Shown in pieces: positions 1-13,528 of a stretch of DNA of 64,000 bases (position 1 is the first letter of the stretch; each line of letters starts with the position of its first letter). Source of the DNA: Plasmodiophora brassicae (Eukaryota); contig CP145410.1 in NCBI GenBank assembly GCA_036867785.1, positions 868,001 through 932,000 of the forward strand. The letters run 5' to 3'. Under the pieces are notes generated by a model. The model had not been told where the DNA came from and did no database searches. It worked only from the letters and a program-made list of their open reading frames with translations. The translations under genes were made by a program, and so were the position numbers.

Positions 1-1639
1 GACGAGCCAGCGTCTCCGCTCCCTGTCGTCGTCGGTGCTCCCACATGGCCGTCCCATACAGCGTCGGACGGGGTGGTCGTGACGTCTCGTCGATGAAATG
101 GTGGCCCATCGAACACACGATGTACAACAGGGTCATCGTCAACAGGTTTTGGAATAAGCACGGTAACCCTAAGCCTTCATCCAAGTGCATGGTTGCACTT
201 GAAGGCGCCCTGGCCCACGGTCGGCTCCCTGAGACCGACCATAACTAATTTCCGATCCACGATGACCAGCCCCTCAGGATCGACCTGGTTGTACTCTGTT
301 GCTGCTGCCTTGCTCGCGCCTGAGGGCCGCTAAACAGGCCCAGTAATCTACCTGTACGCGGCGAAGCAAGCGGTCGAAGTCCTGTACTGAATAAATCTTC
401 AGGTGTGATTGGTTTATCAATACGCTATGGAATTGGAGAATCAGGTTGACGCCTGCGAGAGCGACGGCGGCGTCCGTCGCGAATGAGGAGACGAGGTCGC
501 AGCTCGCGCGGGCGATCCCAGCCAGTAGTATATCTTCGCCAGCGTCATGAACCACGAATCCCCAGCGCGTATCTCCATAACTGTGAGGGCCCAAAGGTTC
601 AAACCGGTCGCACGTCAGCAACAGTACGCAGGGACGTACAGTGATCATCGTTAAGGGACGATGACAGGCCTTCTCTTGCCCTAGAAGGGACACCAGGTGC
701 GCCGCTCCTGGTGGGCGGGACAGAAGTCGTCTTTTGTGGCGGCTTAGCAGGAGGTGTTGGCTTCGCAGGAGGCACCGGGCCTGCAGCGGGTGGTGGCCGA
801 TTAGCGGATGCAGGTGACGACTGAGGAGCGAACAGATCGTCGTTATTCCCAGTCTGGCTCTGAATAGCGGCCTGCGCCACTGGCCGCAAGGCACTCGACG
901 ATACAGCAGAGAAGCCACCGAGAGGGTCGAATATCGACGCCAATTGATCTGCCGATGACGACTGTGTCGCCGACCACGTACGAAACAGCGCTGTGAAAGC
1001 CTCATTCCGCGATGGGAACTGCTCGAAGAAAAACTGAACGACGACGTAATTAGACTACAACTCCCAGCAAGCACCTACGAAACGTCGTCCTTTCTCTAAC
1101 CTTCGTATCCCGCATCGTACTGACTACGATGCCCTCCGACAGGCCAAAGTCTTCAGATGTCAAATCGACGATCTCGCTGAGCGGAATCCCAATCTGCAGG
1201 GATGAGTTCAATGCTTCGAGGGCGACGATGACGCGAAGACGGAGACGACCGGCACTGGAACCGTACCTTGACTGGTTTTCTTTGCGAGTTTTCTTCGGCG
1301 AATGACAAGTGCATATTCGATATGAACATGATCCCGGCATGTCGCTTCTTGACTTTCCGGCCATGGAACGAGGCAAGCGATTCCCACAGCCGGCATGAAA
1401 CCGCTGGCAGCGGAGTCAGAGCCATTACCATGCTGCAAACGAGTCCGGTTACCATGGTACAGCCTTTCATCTGGGCCGAACGTTGCAAACAGCCGCCTGA
1501 ATGTGACTACATCCTCGTCGGTCGCCGGCGGACACGAGGCAACACCGTCGGGCGGGCCAATCCCGAACGCCGACGGCGCGAACACCTCGCCCGTATCCAA
1601 GTTCCGTACGACGAACTGCCTATCGATGCCGTTCGCCAT
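1..1639 (-). CDS. GRAM-domain protein, multi-exon; 3' end probably runs off the window start
   Basis: Exon pieces in different frames assemble a GRAM-like domain: FRRLFATFGPDERL ... GIMFISNMHLSF ... IPLSEIVDL ... FFFEQFPSRNEAFTALFRTW. A Pro-rich linker follows (599-943). GT..AG introns are visible, e.g. ~581-638. The downstream domain is not identified. Confidence 0.6.
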
Positions 1640-2038
1640 GGAATGCACAGAGAGCGCTGGCCGGCCCTGACCGCGTCGACAGGCTGAGCGCGCTGCCCCG
1701 GACGCTTAGCGATGGCTGGTCGCCACCGCTCACTGGGCGGGTACCAAAATTGTCGTGACGACTGGCGACCCGAAAAAACACACACACAGCCGCCGCCGCC
1801 CGTCGACCCGCGACCAGCAGGCCCGGCATCATCAGCAAACGGGTCCCTGGACCGGCAGGCAGGCGACACACGGGGAGGACGGGGGATGCATATATACTCG
1901 GGCTGCCTTGGGCGGTTGTCTCCTGGCAGTGCATACGATGGGGTAGCTGTATTAAAGTTGACAAAGCGGACGAGACAGCAGACGATGTTCACGCGATGCA
2001 ACACTGCTGATGAATATAGGAAGGCATATGGGAAACGA

Positions 2039-4928
2039 TCAATGGGGAGTGAACAGAGATGGCAACCTTGACGCGGATCTGGACGCGTTCATGGACACCA
2101 TGCTCAGACTGGAGAGGATCTTGAGGACCTCGGCGGTATCGTGCACGTAGTAGTGGGCGTTGCTCGGTTTGATGCCGACGCAGACAGTGTAAGCCTTGGC
2201 CTTGGCCTTGTCTCCAGGCGGCGACTGTAGTGCAACGAAGGCATCCTCATCGCTGCGGTCATCACCCATGCACAGGACGAACTGGGGCACACCACCCTGC
2301 TCCTTGAGCCGCGCCACGATCTTGCGGGTTGTGAGCCCCTTGCTGACGCCGCGTGGCTTCACTTCCAGGATGCGGTTCAGGTCGTATCGGACAACATCAA
2401 CCGACTGTGTGCTCTCCAGCAGCTTCTCGATGTACTTGCCCAGCTCGCTGGCCTGGGACCGGCCATATTCGGGGTCGGCATTGTGGTAGTGCCACACGAG
2501 AGCGGATTCCTTGATTTCAGTGTATGCGCCATCCGTCCGCTCGGAATATGACTTCATCAGTTCAATCGCGGTGTCCTTCCACGAGAAATCACCCAGACCC
2601 GGGAGCGCCTCCCAGTCGTCATCCCCCGGCCACCTGATGTAGACTCCCTTTTCGGCAACCAGGCCAATGCGGGGCAGGCTAGAGAACCATTCCGACAGTC
2701 GTTGTCGTTCGCGGCCAGACAGGATAAAGACTAGGTTGCCAGGGTCGCCACACAAAGCAGATAGAATCTTCAACGTCGATTCCGTCGGCGCCTCATCGAT
2801 ACTGGTTGTCAATGTGCCATCATAATCGAACAGAAGAAGGCGGTGCTTTGAGGACCGGTAGGACGAAACGATGTCAGCCTGTAGACACATGAGAATATGG
2901 AATTATGGGAGTGCAAACCATGAACCTCTTGAAGGTGTTTGAAATCAGCCTTAAGCCCGATGAGCCGAACGCCCGATCCCCAGCCGACTTGGACGTAGTT
3001 CAGCGCATCCGACTGTTTCGATGCTTCTCCGAGATCTGCCAGGAATCCACGAGCCCAGTGCTGGAAGCTATTCGCAAGAACAAACTTGTGACGTAGTTTG
3101 TGCTGAGCTGAGCAGATCCGTCAACACCCGGCACGGGTAGGAACGGCTACGTACACAGTTAAACTTACCGACTCTGGTCGCCTTCGGCTTAACAAGCGCT
3201 TTGCTGATAGCTTCTTCCATCTAGAGACGTTTCAGCGCCAGTATGAAACGATGGGCACAGCAGTACCTCCTCAAGATCAAGCGGATTGACGCGAATGATG
3301 CCGTTAAGCGATCTAGAGCATCCCATGAATTCAGATAGAATAAGGACCCCTGGATCGTCAGGATCCTGGGCTGCCGTGAATTCAAAAGGCAGAACGTTGA
3401 GACCGTCGAAGAATGACGTGAAAAGAGCGACATTTGCTGCAGAAAAGTGAGCAATGACCGTTTCAAGGTCATTGTTCGCCCCCGTTTCGATGATCTGGAT
3501 GACCTCCTTGCCATACCGCTTTTGGATTTGATTGGCACACCGGACGACAGACAGCCGAATAGCGTCTTGCTCCTCGGCAGAATTCAGGGATGGCGTCACA
3601 ACGACAATGAGGACGATCCGGGTCGCCCATTCGGCGCCATGCGCATTCAGAAATCGTTCAAACGCTTGCAGCTTCACAAGGACGCCTTTGACGACATCGA
3701 ATTCGTCCACTGCAACGATGATTTGTCGACCAGCATTGGCGGCGAGAATTTCCGACTTGAGCTGAACGACCTTTTCAGAGTGCAAGATGGCGTGGAAAGG
3801 CTGAGTCGGAATGCCCATGTGCGAGATACGGATAGAAACAGATCGCCCACAATAAACGATACCAAGAGCGCCGCCAGGCAAAGCTTCGAAATCAAGATCC
3901 AGAATCCGCTTGCATGCAGACAGGAAGTGACGAACATAATCGTACGTGTGGAAGCCGAGAAGATCGGCGCAGAGCATGCCACGAAGCAGGTTCGTCTTTC
4001 CTGGAAGAGTCCGAAATATGTCGGAAGTCGGGAAAGGCGTATGCAGGAACAGTCCTGGACGGCGCGTTTAGGGAGGTTTGCAAGTGCACATCAAGCACAG
4101 CAACTGACCGATCTTTGCTCGTGACAGCTTCTTCCGAACGAATGACGGGACAAGCAGAAGGTGGTAATTGTGGATCCAGATGTAATCCTTCTCGTCGTCC
4201 TCAGTGGCAGTCGTAATCTTCCTGGAATACATCATATTGACGGTGGTGTATGTCTGCCAAAGAGAATCCCAATTTATCGCGAAGTCTTGTCGATTGGTAG
4301 GCATTAAGTAATGGAACAGAGGCCACAGAATGCCTTTGCAGAACTGTCCAAAGAAACGGTCATGCAGATCGCGGTCTAAGAACACAGGAATGCAGTTGAA
4401 CTTCTCCAGCTGCGTCTCAAAGTCGTCCTGGTCCTCCCGAGCAACAAACACACTACAACACCGCGAGCATTGAGGACCGGGAACAAATATACGCAAAGAG
4501 CAACATACTCGGGGAATCCAACGAAAGAGACATCCATATCACTGGACAGCGTAGGCATATTGGATATCGCCGCCTGAGTATTGTCCCAATGAATATGCCA
4601 GGCGCCCTCTTTCTTGACCGCAGCGATTGGCAAGCTGGTCAAACGTCAGCAACGAAGAAGCGAACATTGCGATCCCGTCCTACCGATACGACACAACAAT
4701 GAGTTTACGCCGAGTAGGATATGCAGCGGGAATTGTCGCTGTCTGAACGATAGGCTTTCTGACAGGGACGGGTGAGAGCCCGGCTTCGGCCTGCAGGCCA
4801 TTGGCGGGCCATTGCGTACTGAGCTTGCGCGACCCTGGACGTCTGGCTGACGTCAGACGCCCGAGGACAAATCCGCCCAGCAGGGCTACTGCAATGGACA
4901 CGAGAATACCCGCATAGTACGGGTCCAT
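2039..4928 (-). CDS. TPS: Trehalose-6-phosphate synthase/phosphatase family protein (GT20 + HAD TPP domain), multi-exon
   Basis: GT20 motifs CKGILWPLFHY, WIHNYHLLLVP and ADLLGFHTYDYVRHF. HAD/TPP motifs FDYDGTL, EVKPRGVSKG and GDDRSDEDAF. Start MDPYYAG at 4928. Confidence 0.93.
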
Positions 4929-5324
4929 TTCCGCGTACAACCCGATCGATGGTCGATATGGACGATGATGAGTGAAGCAGCCACGGACCCGACACGCCGA
5001 GGCCGGGCTCCACTGCTCAAAATCAATACATGCGACTGGGCACAGCAACTTCAGCCGTCATGGTGGACACAGGCGGGCATTTTTCGACAACTAACGGGTC
5101 CGCCCAATCGTTCTGGTCACCGCAATCTAAACAGGCACGTCGTTCATTTCGTCAGTTATCATCTATGTGGGCAGAAATCCACTAGGGCTGTCCTGCATTG
5201 CCCCGCTTGCTCGACCCCTCAATGTGACGTCGCTGGCACGGGCAGAAGGGTGGGCATAAAGCGAGCGGCCGTCGAGCGATGATACTAATTGTCACGTCGT
5301 CCGGAACTGTGTTGACAATGAGGT

Positions 5325-6458
5325 TTAAATATCATGATGTATGGATTCGATGAGGCCGGACGTTGCAAGGAGAACGGATTGCGACAGATTGCGGGTTGCC
5401 TTATCGTGGAGCGCGCGAAGCGCGAACTCGGCAACAGACCGGCAGCTATCGACCGTTACCGCGTGCGCGAGGCCACGTACGAGGACGAGTTCGAGGTCGG
5501 CGGTCGCGAACGATTCGATAGAGAGCGTGCAGTCGCCAATTCTGGCGTCCCACCCGATTGCAGCCTCTGATGGCACATCCGATGGCACAGCACCACATAG
5601 CCGAGCTGAAAGGATGCAGTAATTTGCGACAGCCATGGCCGGCAATCGCGAGACGGTTGCGATGAACCTCGCCAGAGCCGTTCGGACTGCAAACCGACAG
5701 TGAGGACGGCTTGTCCATATTCGCAGTCGAGTGGTACGTACCTAGCTGGAGGCTGCCTACAGCGGATGCGTCGAATACCGCCGTCGGATCAACCTCACCG
5801 CTTGGTTTCGACGTATGCCGCAAGTCGTGCGCTCGCAATAGGTTCGCTGTTAACGGTGCCGCCTTGTCGCCAGCAACAGGCTTGTGATAAATGGATGGAA
5901 TGGACATATCGGGCAGTGCGTTCTCAAGTGAGAACCTATCCTCAAACGTCCCTGATGACGATGCCGTTTTACAGAGAGCCATTAAAACGATCCCGGCACC
6001 TGCAAAGCGCGACGGTTACATCAGCGACAACGCATGGCACATCGTATGGTCACCTGTGGATGGGGTTGGAGACTGATGTTTTAACAGGAAGATCCATGAT
6101 AACGCGGGGACAAATTGCATTACGAAATCAGTGAGCGAACGCTCCTTGCAGGCCACGAGGTCGAAAGCCCATTTCAGTACGGCAGTTGACGAGCCCGTAA
6201 CAATCGCCTCATTTATGCATGATGCCAGGTCGTTTGACGCCCATAGCGCATTGGCCATAACAGACCGTTCCAACATCTAAATCGGCGTTTGAACAGTCGC
6301 CCAGCGCCCATGAACACGCCGACTACCAAAAGACTTGCGATCTGTGTCTGGCACGCCACATCGTCCCCGGACCTAATCGCGGAGACGAGCGCATTGACCG
6401 TGTCGCGACTCGGGTCGACCTGACCCACCATTTCGAGGTTCGCTGACGACGTCGCCAT
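5325..6458 (-). CDS. Hyccin/FAM126 family protein (PI4KA complex subunit), multi-exon
   Basis: FVMQFVPALSWIFL and LPDMSIPSIYHKP resemble the hyccin motifs (LQFLPELIWxYL; PSLSKPSxYHEP). Exons lie in ORFs 6213-6476, 6016-6276, 5446-5982 and 5325-5645. Confidence 0.7.
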
Positions 6459-6502
6459 GGTCGAGCGACGGCTCAACGCTCAAGGTGGTGGTGACCCCGC
6501 GG

Positions 6503-6531
6503 CCTGCGGACTCCGTCACGGACTCCGCAGG
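6503..6531. promoter_or_regulatory. Near-perfect palindrome in the 98-bp divergent promoter between hyccin and bystin
   Basis: CCTGCGGA-C-TCCGT-C-ACGGA-C-TCCGCAGG. It also contains CGGACTCCG twice at 12-bp spacing. Confidence 0.4.
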
Positions 6532-6556
6532 GTTGTTACAGTGAACCCAGCCCACG

Positions 6557-7975
6557 ATGGGGAAGGCCTCAAGGCAACCTCGCAAGACGGGCGTCACCGA
6601 CAAGGCCTGGCGCGCCCCACTAGCGAAACAGATCCATGACAGCGAGGAGCATAGGCATGGAAATCTGTCCGTGAAGTCAGCCGTGTCCGATGAGCAAAAG
6701 GTTTGTGCTCGATGCCGGCCAAGTAATTCCTCACTGATTACGACTGCAGCTGAATGCGATTAGCGACGATGACCTCGAGATGGAAATGGTTCCTCCCGAT
6801 ATCACCGCCAAGATCATTAAGAACGCACGGATACAGCAACAAGATGAAATGGGTGTCGACGAGATGGAGGCTCCTCCTGCACCGTTCAAGTTCGACGATA
6901 GCATGTTTGACGTGGAGGAGTTCGAGGATGACAACTTATCAGACGATGGGGAACACGAGGATGTCACCGTGGAGCTGAGTCCTGAAGATGACGCCATGCT
7001 GTCCATGTTGGTGACCCTATCGTTGCCTAACTGTGTCACCATTCAATAATGCCCTGTAGGTATATGCCATCCGTGGCGCCTGTTCGACGAACGATCGCGG
7101 ACCTCATCATGGAGAAGATCGCGGAGAAGGAGGCGAGAGAGTCGATGCAGTGCCAGCCGACGATCCCAGACAAGGTCGTGCAGGTCTACCGGCAGGTTGG
7201 GACGCTGCTTTCTAGGTATCGATCTGGCAAGCTTCCGAAAGCCATCAAAGTCGTCCCATCATTGCGTAACTGGGAAGAGATTCTTCAGTTGACGGCGCCC
7301 GACTCCTGGACGGCTGCTGCTCTGGCTGCCATTACAAGGCTATTCGCCTCCAATTTCAACTCGCGCATGGCGCAGCGTTTCTACAACCTCGTTCTGCTTC
7401 CCCGAATCCGGACTGATATCGAAACGCATAAGAAGCTGAACTTCCACTTGTACATGGCGCTTCGCAAGGCGATCTTCAAACCCGCCGCGTTCTTCAAGGG
7501 TATCCTGTTGCCTCTGGCCGCCGACAATTGCACTGCGCGCGAAGCGATCATCATGTCATCGATTCTGGCCAAGATCTCGATCCCAATGATGCATTCTGGT
7601 GCCGCGCTCCTGAAGCTAGCTGACATGCCGTACACAGGGCCCCGGTCGGTGTTCATCAAGACGTTGTTGAACAAGAAGTACTCGTTCCCGTACCAGGTCA
7701 TCGCCGGCATGGTCAAGTACTTTGATTCGTTCGTCAATGACGAGAGGGAGCTCCCCGTCATCTGGCACCAGACGTTGCTGATCTTCGCGCAACGGTACAA
7801 GCATGTCGTGTCGCCCGAACATAAGGAACGCCTGAAGCGCGTCCTGCGTGCCCACGAACATCACCAGATCACGAACGAGATCCGCCGGGAACTGTTCTTC
7901 GCTGAGTCGGGCTCCGCCTGTCAACCCGTGCTGGACGCACGCGCCATGGCCAGTGCACTCAACTTCAACAACTAA
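6557..7975 (+). CDS. BYSL: Bystin / Enp1 (40S ribosome biogenesis factor), multi-exon
   Basis: RYRSGKLPKAIKVVP, AQRFYNLVLLPRIR, KKLNFHLYMALRKAIFKPAAFFKGILLPL and LPVIWHQTLLIFAQRYK. Short introns near 6701 and 7009. Confidence 0.95.
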
Positions 7976-7998
7976 ATGGAATCGGGTGTTGGGGCAGG

Positions 7999-10900
7999 AT
8001 GTGTGTCGTCGTGACGAGCGGGACGGTAATGGATCGGTTGAGGTCCCATTGCAATACACAAACCGAGGCGCCATGGAACGGTACCATGAAGCGCTCCCGA
8101 TCGTTCACGCGGGATCGACTATTGACGGCTACGTTGGCTCGGGCGCCCCTAAAGGCGCCGGCCCCAATGCGGGACGACGATAAGACGACGCCGGGCGACC
8201 AGCCACCCGTCTCTGTAGCGATGAGCGAGAAGCCCCCAGTGATCAGGTTGTTAACCCGGCCTGAGCTCGCCATCCCCGAAGAGGATGACGTGCAGCTCCC
8301 GCCACCAAAGACACTAATGGGACGCGTCGCTCGCCGCCTTGTACGTTGCCTCGTCAAGATGGGTCACCTCGTGCTGGTAGACTGACGTGTCGTCGGTGTT
8401 GCACCAGGGCGCCTTCGTACGAAATGACATGGCCGAGATGAGAACGCGGGTAGAGACGTACAGGGACACGACATCGTTATGGGTCCTGAGCGACCGGAAC
8501 TGGTTCCGGCGCGGCATCCAGCACGCCACGTTCCATCCGATGTTCGACAGGATTATGGCGCTGGCCATCCTGATCAACTGCGTCATCATCGCCGCACAGG
8601 CGTCCCAGGGCGGGTCGCCGGCGCTGACCATGTACTCGAATGTGTTCACGGCCGTGTTCGCTGTCGAAATGATCATGAAGGTGATCGCCACCGGGTTCCG
8701 CGATTACTGGGCCGACCCCTGGCTTCGGGTGGACGGCCTCGTCGTCGTCCTGTCGAGTCTGTCGTTGATCCAGTCGTTTTCGGGCCTGACCAGCGTTCGC
8801 CTGCTGCGTCTGCTGCGAGCGCTTCGAATGGTGGGTGTCGTCCCCGGGCTACGCCGCATGATGCAGAGCTTCCTGGCGGCAGCCCGCAACCTGATCTCCA
8901 TCATCATCCTGATCCTGATCTACATCTTCATCTGCGCCATCATCGGCATGCAACTCTTCATGGGCAAGTTCAGGCAGCACTGCTTCTACGCGGACACGAA
9001 CCAGCTGGTGTCACCGAACGTGTTCTGCTCGATGGACCCGTCGGCGGGTGGCGCCGCCTGCCCCGCCGGCCAGTACTGTGGCGTGGCCGACTTCAACCCG
9101 AGGTTCGTTCGTGCAGGTCAGGCGCGCGACCCCCGCCTCCGCTGACGGTGCATGGCACAGCGGCGGCGGCGCCGTTTCATTCGACAACATGGCCAAGTCG
9201 TCGCTGACGGTCCTGTACATCATGACCGGCGAAGGCTGGAGCAACATCATGTTCTACGCGGACGACACCGTCTCGGTCTACTGCCGCATCTACTTCGTCC
9301 TCGTCATGTTCCTCGGGTACTACTGCTTCCTGCCGCTGGCAACGTCCGTCCTGTCGCAACGCTTCCAGAACGAAAAGCAGGCCTACGAAGCCGCCAACCG
9401 CCAGGTACGACCGACGCGAATCGCCTGCATGGCGCGCGCCATCTCTGACTGTTCGGGCGATCAGGTCGAGCGCCGAAATTCGTCCACTGTCCCAAAGGCG
9501 ACGCCTCGCCCGTTGCCGACGCTCCGTCGAGCATTGACGCGGAAGGAGTCGTTGCTGCGGTTGCAGAAATCGCTGACGACCAGGGCGATCGGCCAGATAC
9601 GACGGCTGGGGCGGTCGCGGGTCTTTAACGTAACCATCATCGTCTGCATCGTCATCAACGGGATCCTGCTGTCGATGATCCACTGGGGGCAGTCACCCGC
9701 CGAACAGGCCGTCCAGAACTACGGCAACCTGATCCTGACGTACGTGTTCCTGTTCGAGCTCGTCGTCAAGGTCGTCGAGATCGGCCCGAAGGCGTTCTTC
9801 TTCAACGCGCTCAACCTGTTCGACACGATCATCGTGGTCAGCTCGTGGATCGACACGCTGGCTGAAACGGGCGTGCCGGCGCTGATCGCCTTGCGATCGT
9901 TCCGCCTGCTGCGACTCATGCGGTACTGGCCGTCGCTGCGCGCCGTTGTCACCACCATGCTGGCATCGGTCCAGGACGTCGTCTACCTGCTCGTCTTCGG
10001 CGCCATCTACGAGTTCATCTTTGCCGTCATCGGCATGCAGTTGTTTCGAACGAATTACCATTACGAGGACGGCAGCGTGCCACGTGCGAACTTCGACGAC
10101 CTGGCGCACGCGGCCACGACCGTGTTCCAGGTGCACACCAGCTCGAACTGGAACGAGGTCACCTACAACATCATCGGGTCCGGCGGGTGGTGGGTGTCGC
10201 CCTTCCCCTTGTCCATGTTCGTCGTCGGGCACTTCATCCTGTTCCAGCTGTTCGTCGCCATCATGTTGACCAACTTCGACTCGACGCAGATGAAGATCCA
10301 GCCGTTCCGGGCCAGGGTTCGCTTCCGGCAGCGGGTGAACGGGTTCCGCACCCGGTTGAAACGCGCGCTGGAGACGACGACCAAGACCGCGCCCGAGCCA
10401 ACAGCAGGCGTGATGCCATCGACTGATAACGGCCACCCTACCGACAAACCGGAGCATGCTCACGATTCCCCCAGACATTCAGGAAAGGCGGCCTGGCAGT
10501 CGTCGTCGTCGTCGTCGATGCTGGGGTCGACCAAGTCGATGGCGACCCTGGATGTACCCGGGGCCACCGGCGAGCAGCAACGGCCGCCAGCGAATCTCGA
10601 CACGATCTCGTTTTCGTTCGCGAGCCGCGTCCCCAAACTGCTCTTGCAGAAACCGTCGCAGGCGTCGTCGCTGGCCAACCTGGAGACGGGGACGCCGGTC
10701 AGGACGCCGCGTACGGCGACGATGTTGTTCACCAAGACGTCCACGGGGCGGAAATCGAAACCTGTCCATCAGCTGCATGGGCGGTCGCTGATGATCTTCT
10801 CGCCGACGAACAGATTGCGACTGGTCTGCCATCAGGTCGTGTCCAGCCGCGGCTTCGCGATTGCCGTCCTGATCGTCATCTTCGTCAACTGCGTCCTGCT

Positions 10901-13497
10901 GACGGTCCAGACGACGCCCGAGGCTGAACCGTTCATCAACGGGTTCGACAACGCGTCGACCGCGTTCTTCACCGTCGAACTCGTCCTGCAGGTCGTCGTC
11001 AACGGCCTGCTCTTCGGCCCAGGTACGCGCGATCGCTTCGGCCGCTGTTCGAACGCTGACAGGGACGCTGGCAGGAACGTACCTGAAGGACCCGTGGAAC
11101 GTGTTCGACCTGTGCCTTCTGGCCAGCTCCTACATCGGTCTGCTGTTCGCATCGTCGGCCGAGTCCCAGTTCCTGATCGCCCTGTCTCGCGCCCTGCGAG
11201 CCATGCGCCCGCTGCGTATGGTGAAACGATTCGAGGTTCGCGACGAAACGGTCAGTTGCCGCCGCCGCCCTGCCTAATCAGGTTTGCAGAACATGAGGCT
11301 CGTCATCAAGTCGTTGTGGACAGCGATGCCATCGCTTCTGAACGCTGTCGCGGTCATCGCGCTCCTGTTCTGGATGTTCGCTGTCATCGGCGTGCAATTC
11401 TTCCAGGGGCGCCTGGCCAGGTGTGAGGACTTCCGTACGGGAGACGTCCTGCTGGTCGACCAGGCGACCTGCCAGGGCGTCCTGCCGGGCAACATCACCG
11501 CCATCTGGAGGAACCCAGACGTCGGCCACCTGGACGACGTCGGGTCCGCTCTGCTGCTGCTGTTCGAGATATCGTCATGGGAAGGGTGGCCAACAGCCAT
11601 GAACCATCTGGTGGATGCGACCCCAACCGGGCAGCCGCCGATCCAAGATTACAATTACAGCGCCGTCCTCTACATCATCATATTCCTGGTGGTCGTCGCC
11701 GAATTCGCCATCTCCATCTTCATGGCCGTGGTCGTCGACGAGTACAAGCACAACATCGTGGCGCACACGAACGGCGCCATTACGGACGCGCAGAAGCGCT
11801 GGCTCGAATTCTACAGGGACGTCATCAACAACCGGCCGCAGGATCGTATTCAGCCGCCCGTGTCGCCCACGAAACTCTACTGGACCCGATGGGATCAATG
11901 GCGCATGCTCTGCTATCGGCTCGTGAAAAACAAATACTTCGACAAGACCATCACCTTGGTCATCATCATGAACATGGCGATCATGTCCTGCGAGTACTAT
12001 GGCGACGGCATCCAGTTCGCCGAACAGATCGACCTCATTAACACTGTCCTGTCGTTCGCCTACCTGGTCGAGATGGTCATCAAGTGGTCCGCCTTCGGGT
12101 TCTCCAAGTACTTCGCCAGCACCTGGCACCGGTTCGACTGCACCATTGTCATCACTGCCGCCGTCCAGTTCCTCGTCCAGAGCGCGACGGTGCGCGTGTG
12201 GGCCCTGAACCCCGGCACCCTTCGAGGTACAACCAACTGTTAACGATTGTTTATCCGCCCGGGGCCTAAACCTGCCTTGTGTGACAGTGACGCGCGTGTT
12301 CCGTGTACTGCGTCTGTTCAGGCATGTCCCTGGGCTCAGCCAGGTCCTGCGTACGTTGCTGTTCTCGTTGCCGGCCCTGTACAACGTCGGCATTCTGACC
12401 TTCCTGTTCTTCTTCATCTACGCGGCCATCGGGGCCGCGTTCTTCTCCAATATCCCCAACGGCAACGCCATTAGCGACTACGCCAACTTCCGGTCGTTCC
12501 AGTCGGCGTTCTGCCTGCTGGCGGCATCATCGACGGGCGAAGGATGGAATGTCATTATGCACGACCTGTCCGTCCAGCCACCGTACTGCGACCCATCGCT
12601 GAACCAGTGCGGGATCCCCTGGCTGGCGCGCCTGTACATGATCAGCTTCAAGGTCATCGCGAACCTCGTCGTCCTCAACCTGTTCATCGCGATCCTGAAG
12701 AAGAACTTCGAGGACGAATGCGAGAAGGACGAGGACGACGGCCTGCCGATCCGGTCAGAGCACATCGCCGCGTTCGCCCAGGCCTGGTCCGAGTTCTCCG
12801 CATCCGACATGATGTACGTCACCCAGCTGGGCGCATTCCTACAAACGGTCAAGATTGACGGGCCGCTCGGCGCCGAAGCCGCCAAGATCAAGGACAGGGC
12901 CGCCCTGCTACGGTTCCTTCGCATACGAGATGTGCCCGCGTTCAAGACCAGCGTCCACTACGTCGACATGACGCTGGCGCTGACCGAGACGACGTTCATC
13001 AAGCACTTCCAGGTCGACCACATCGCGGACATCCCCGAAGAGAACCAGCTGTTCCAGTGCATCCGATCGGAGCTGTTCCGGGCGTACCCGGCGCGCGCAT
13101 CGGCAAAGAACATGCACCCGGCGCACGTCGTCCTGGGCGCCATCATGATCCAGACGCAGAGTCGCATCCTGCTGAACCGCCTGGCTGCGATACGTCAGAG
13201 GGCGCAGGACAACCTCAAGGAGCACCATGCGGGACAGGGGGCGGCGGCCAGGATCAAGGCCGCCGCCCAGAACCGGATGCACACCATATCCAAGGTCGTG
13301 AAGAGCGCGTTCAGCTCCGATTCGCCGCGGGGGTCGCAGTCGATCCACGACCTCGTGCGGACGGCATCGCACGTCAGCCCCGATCTGGCCCGGTCGGCGT
13401 CGAAGGCCACCCTGAACCGATCCGACTCGACCATGTCCGACCTGCCCAACACGCCGCGGTTCAACCGGTCGGCCTCGCTGATGTACACGGAATCGCC

Positions 13498-13528
<31 letters not shown>

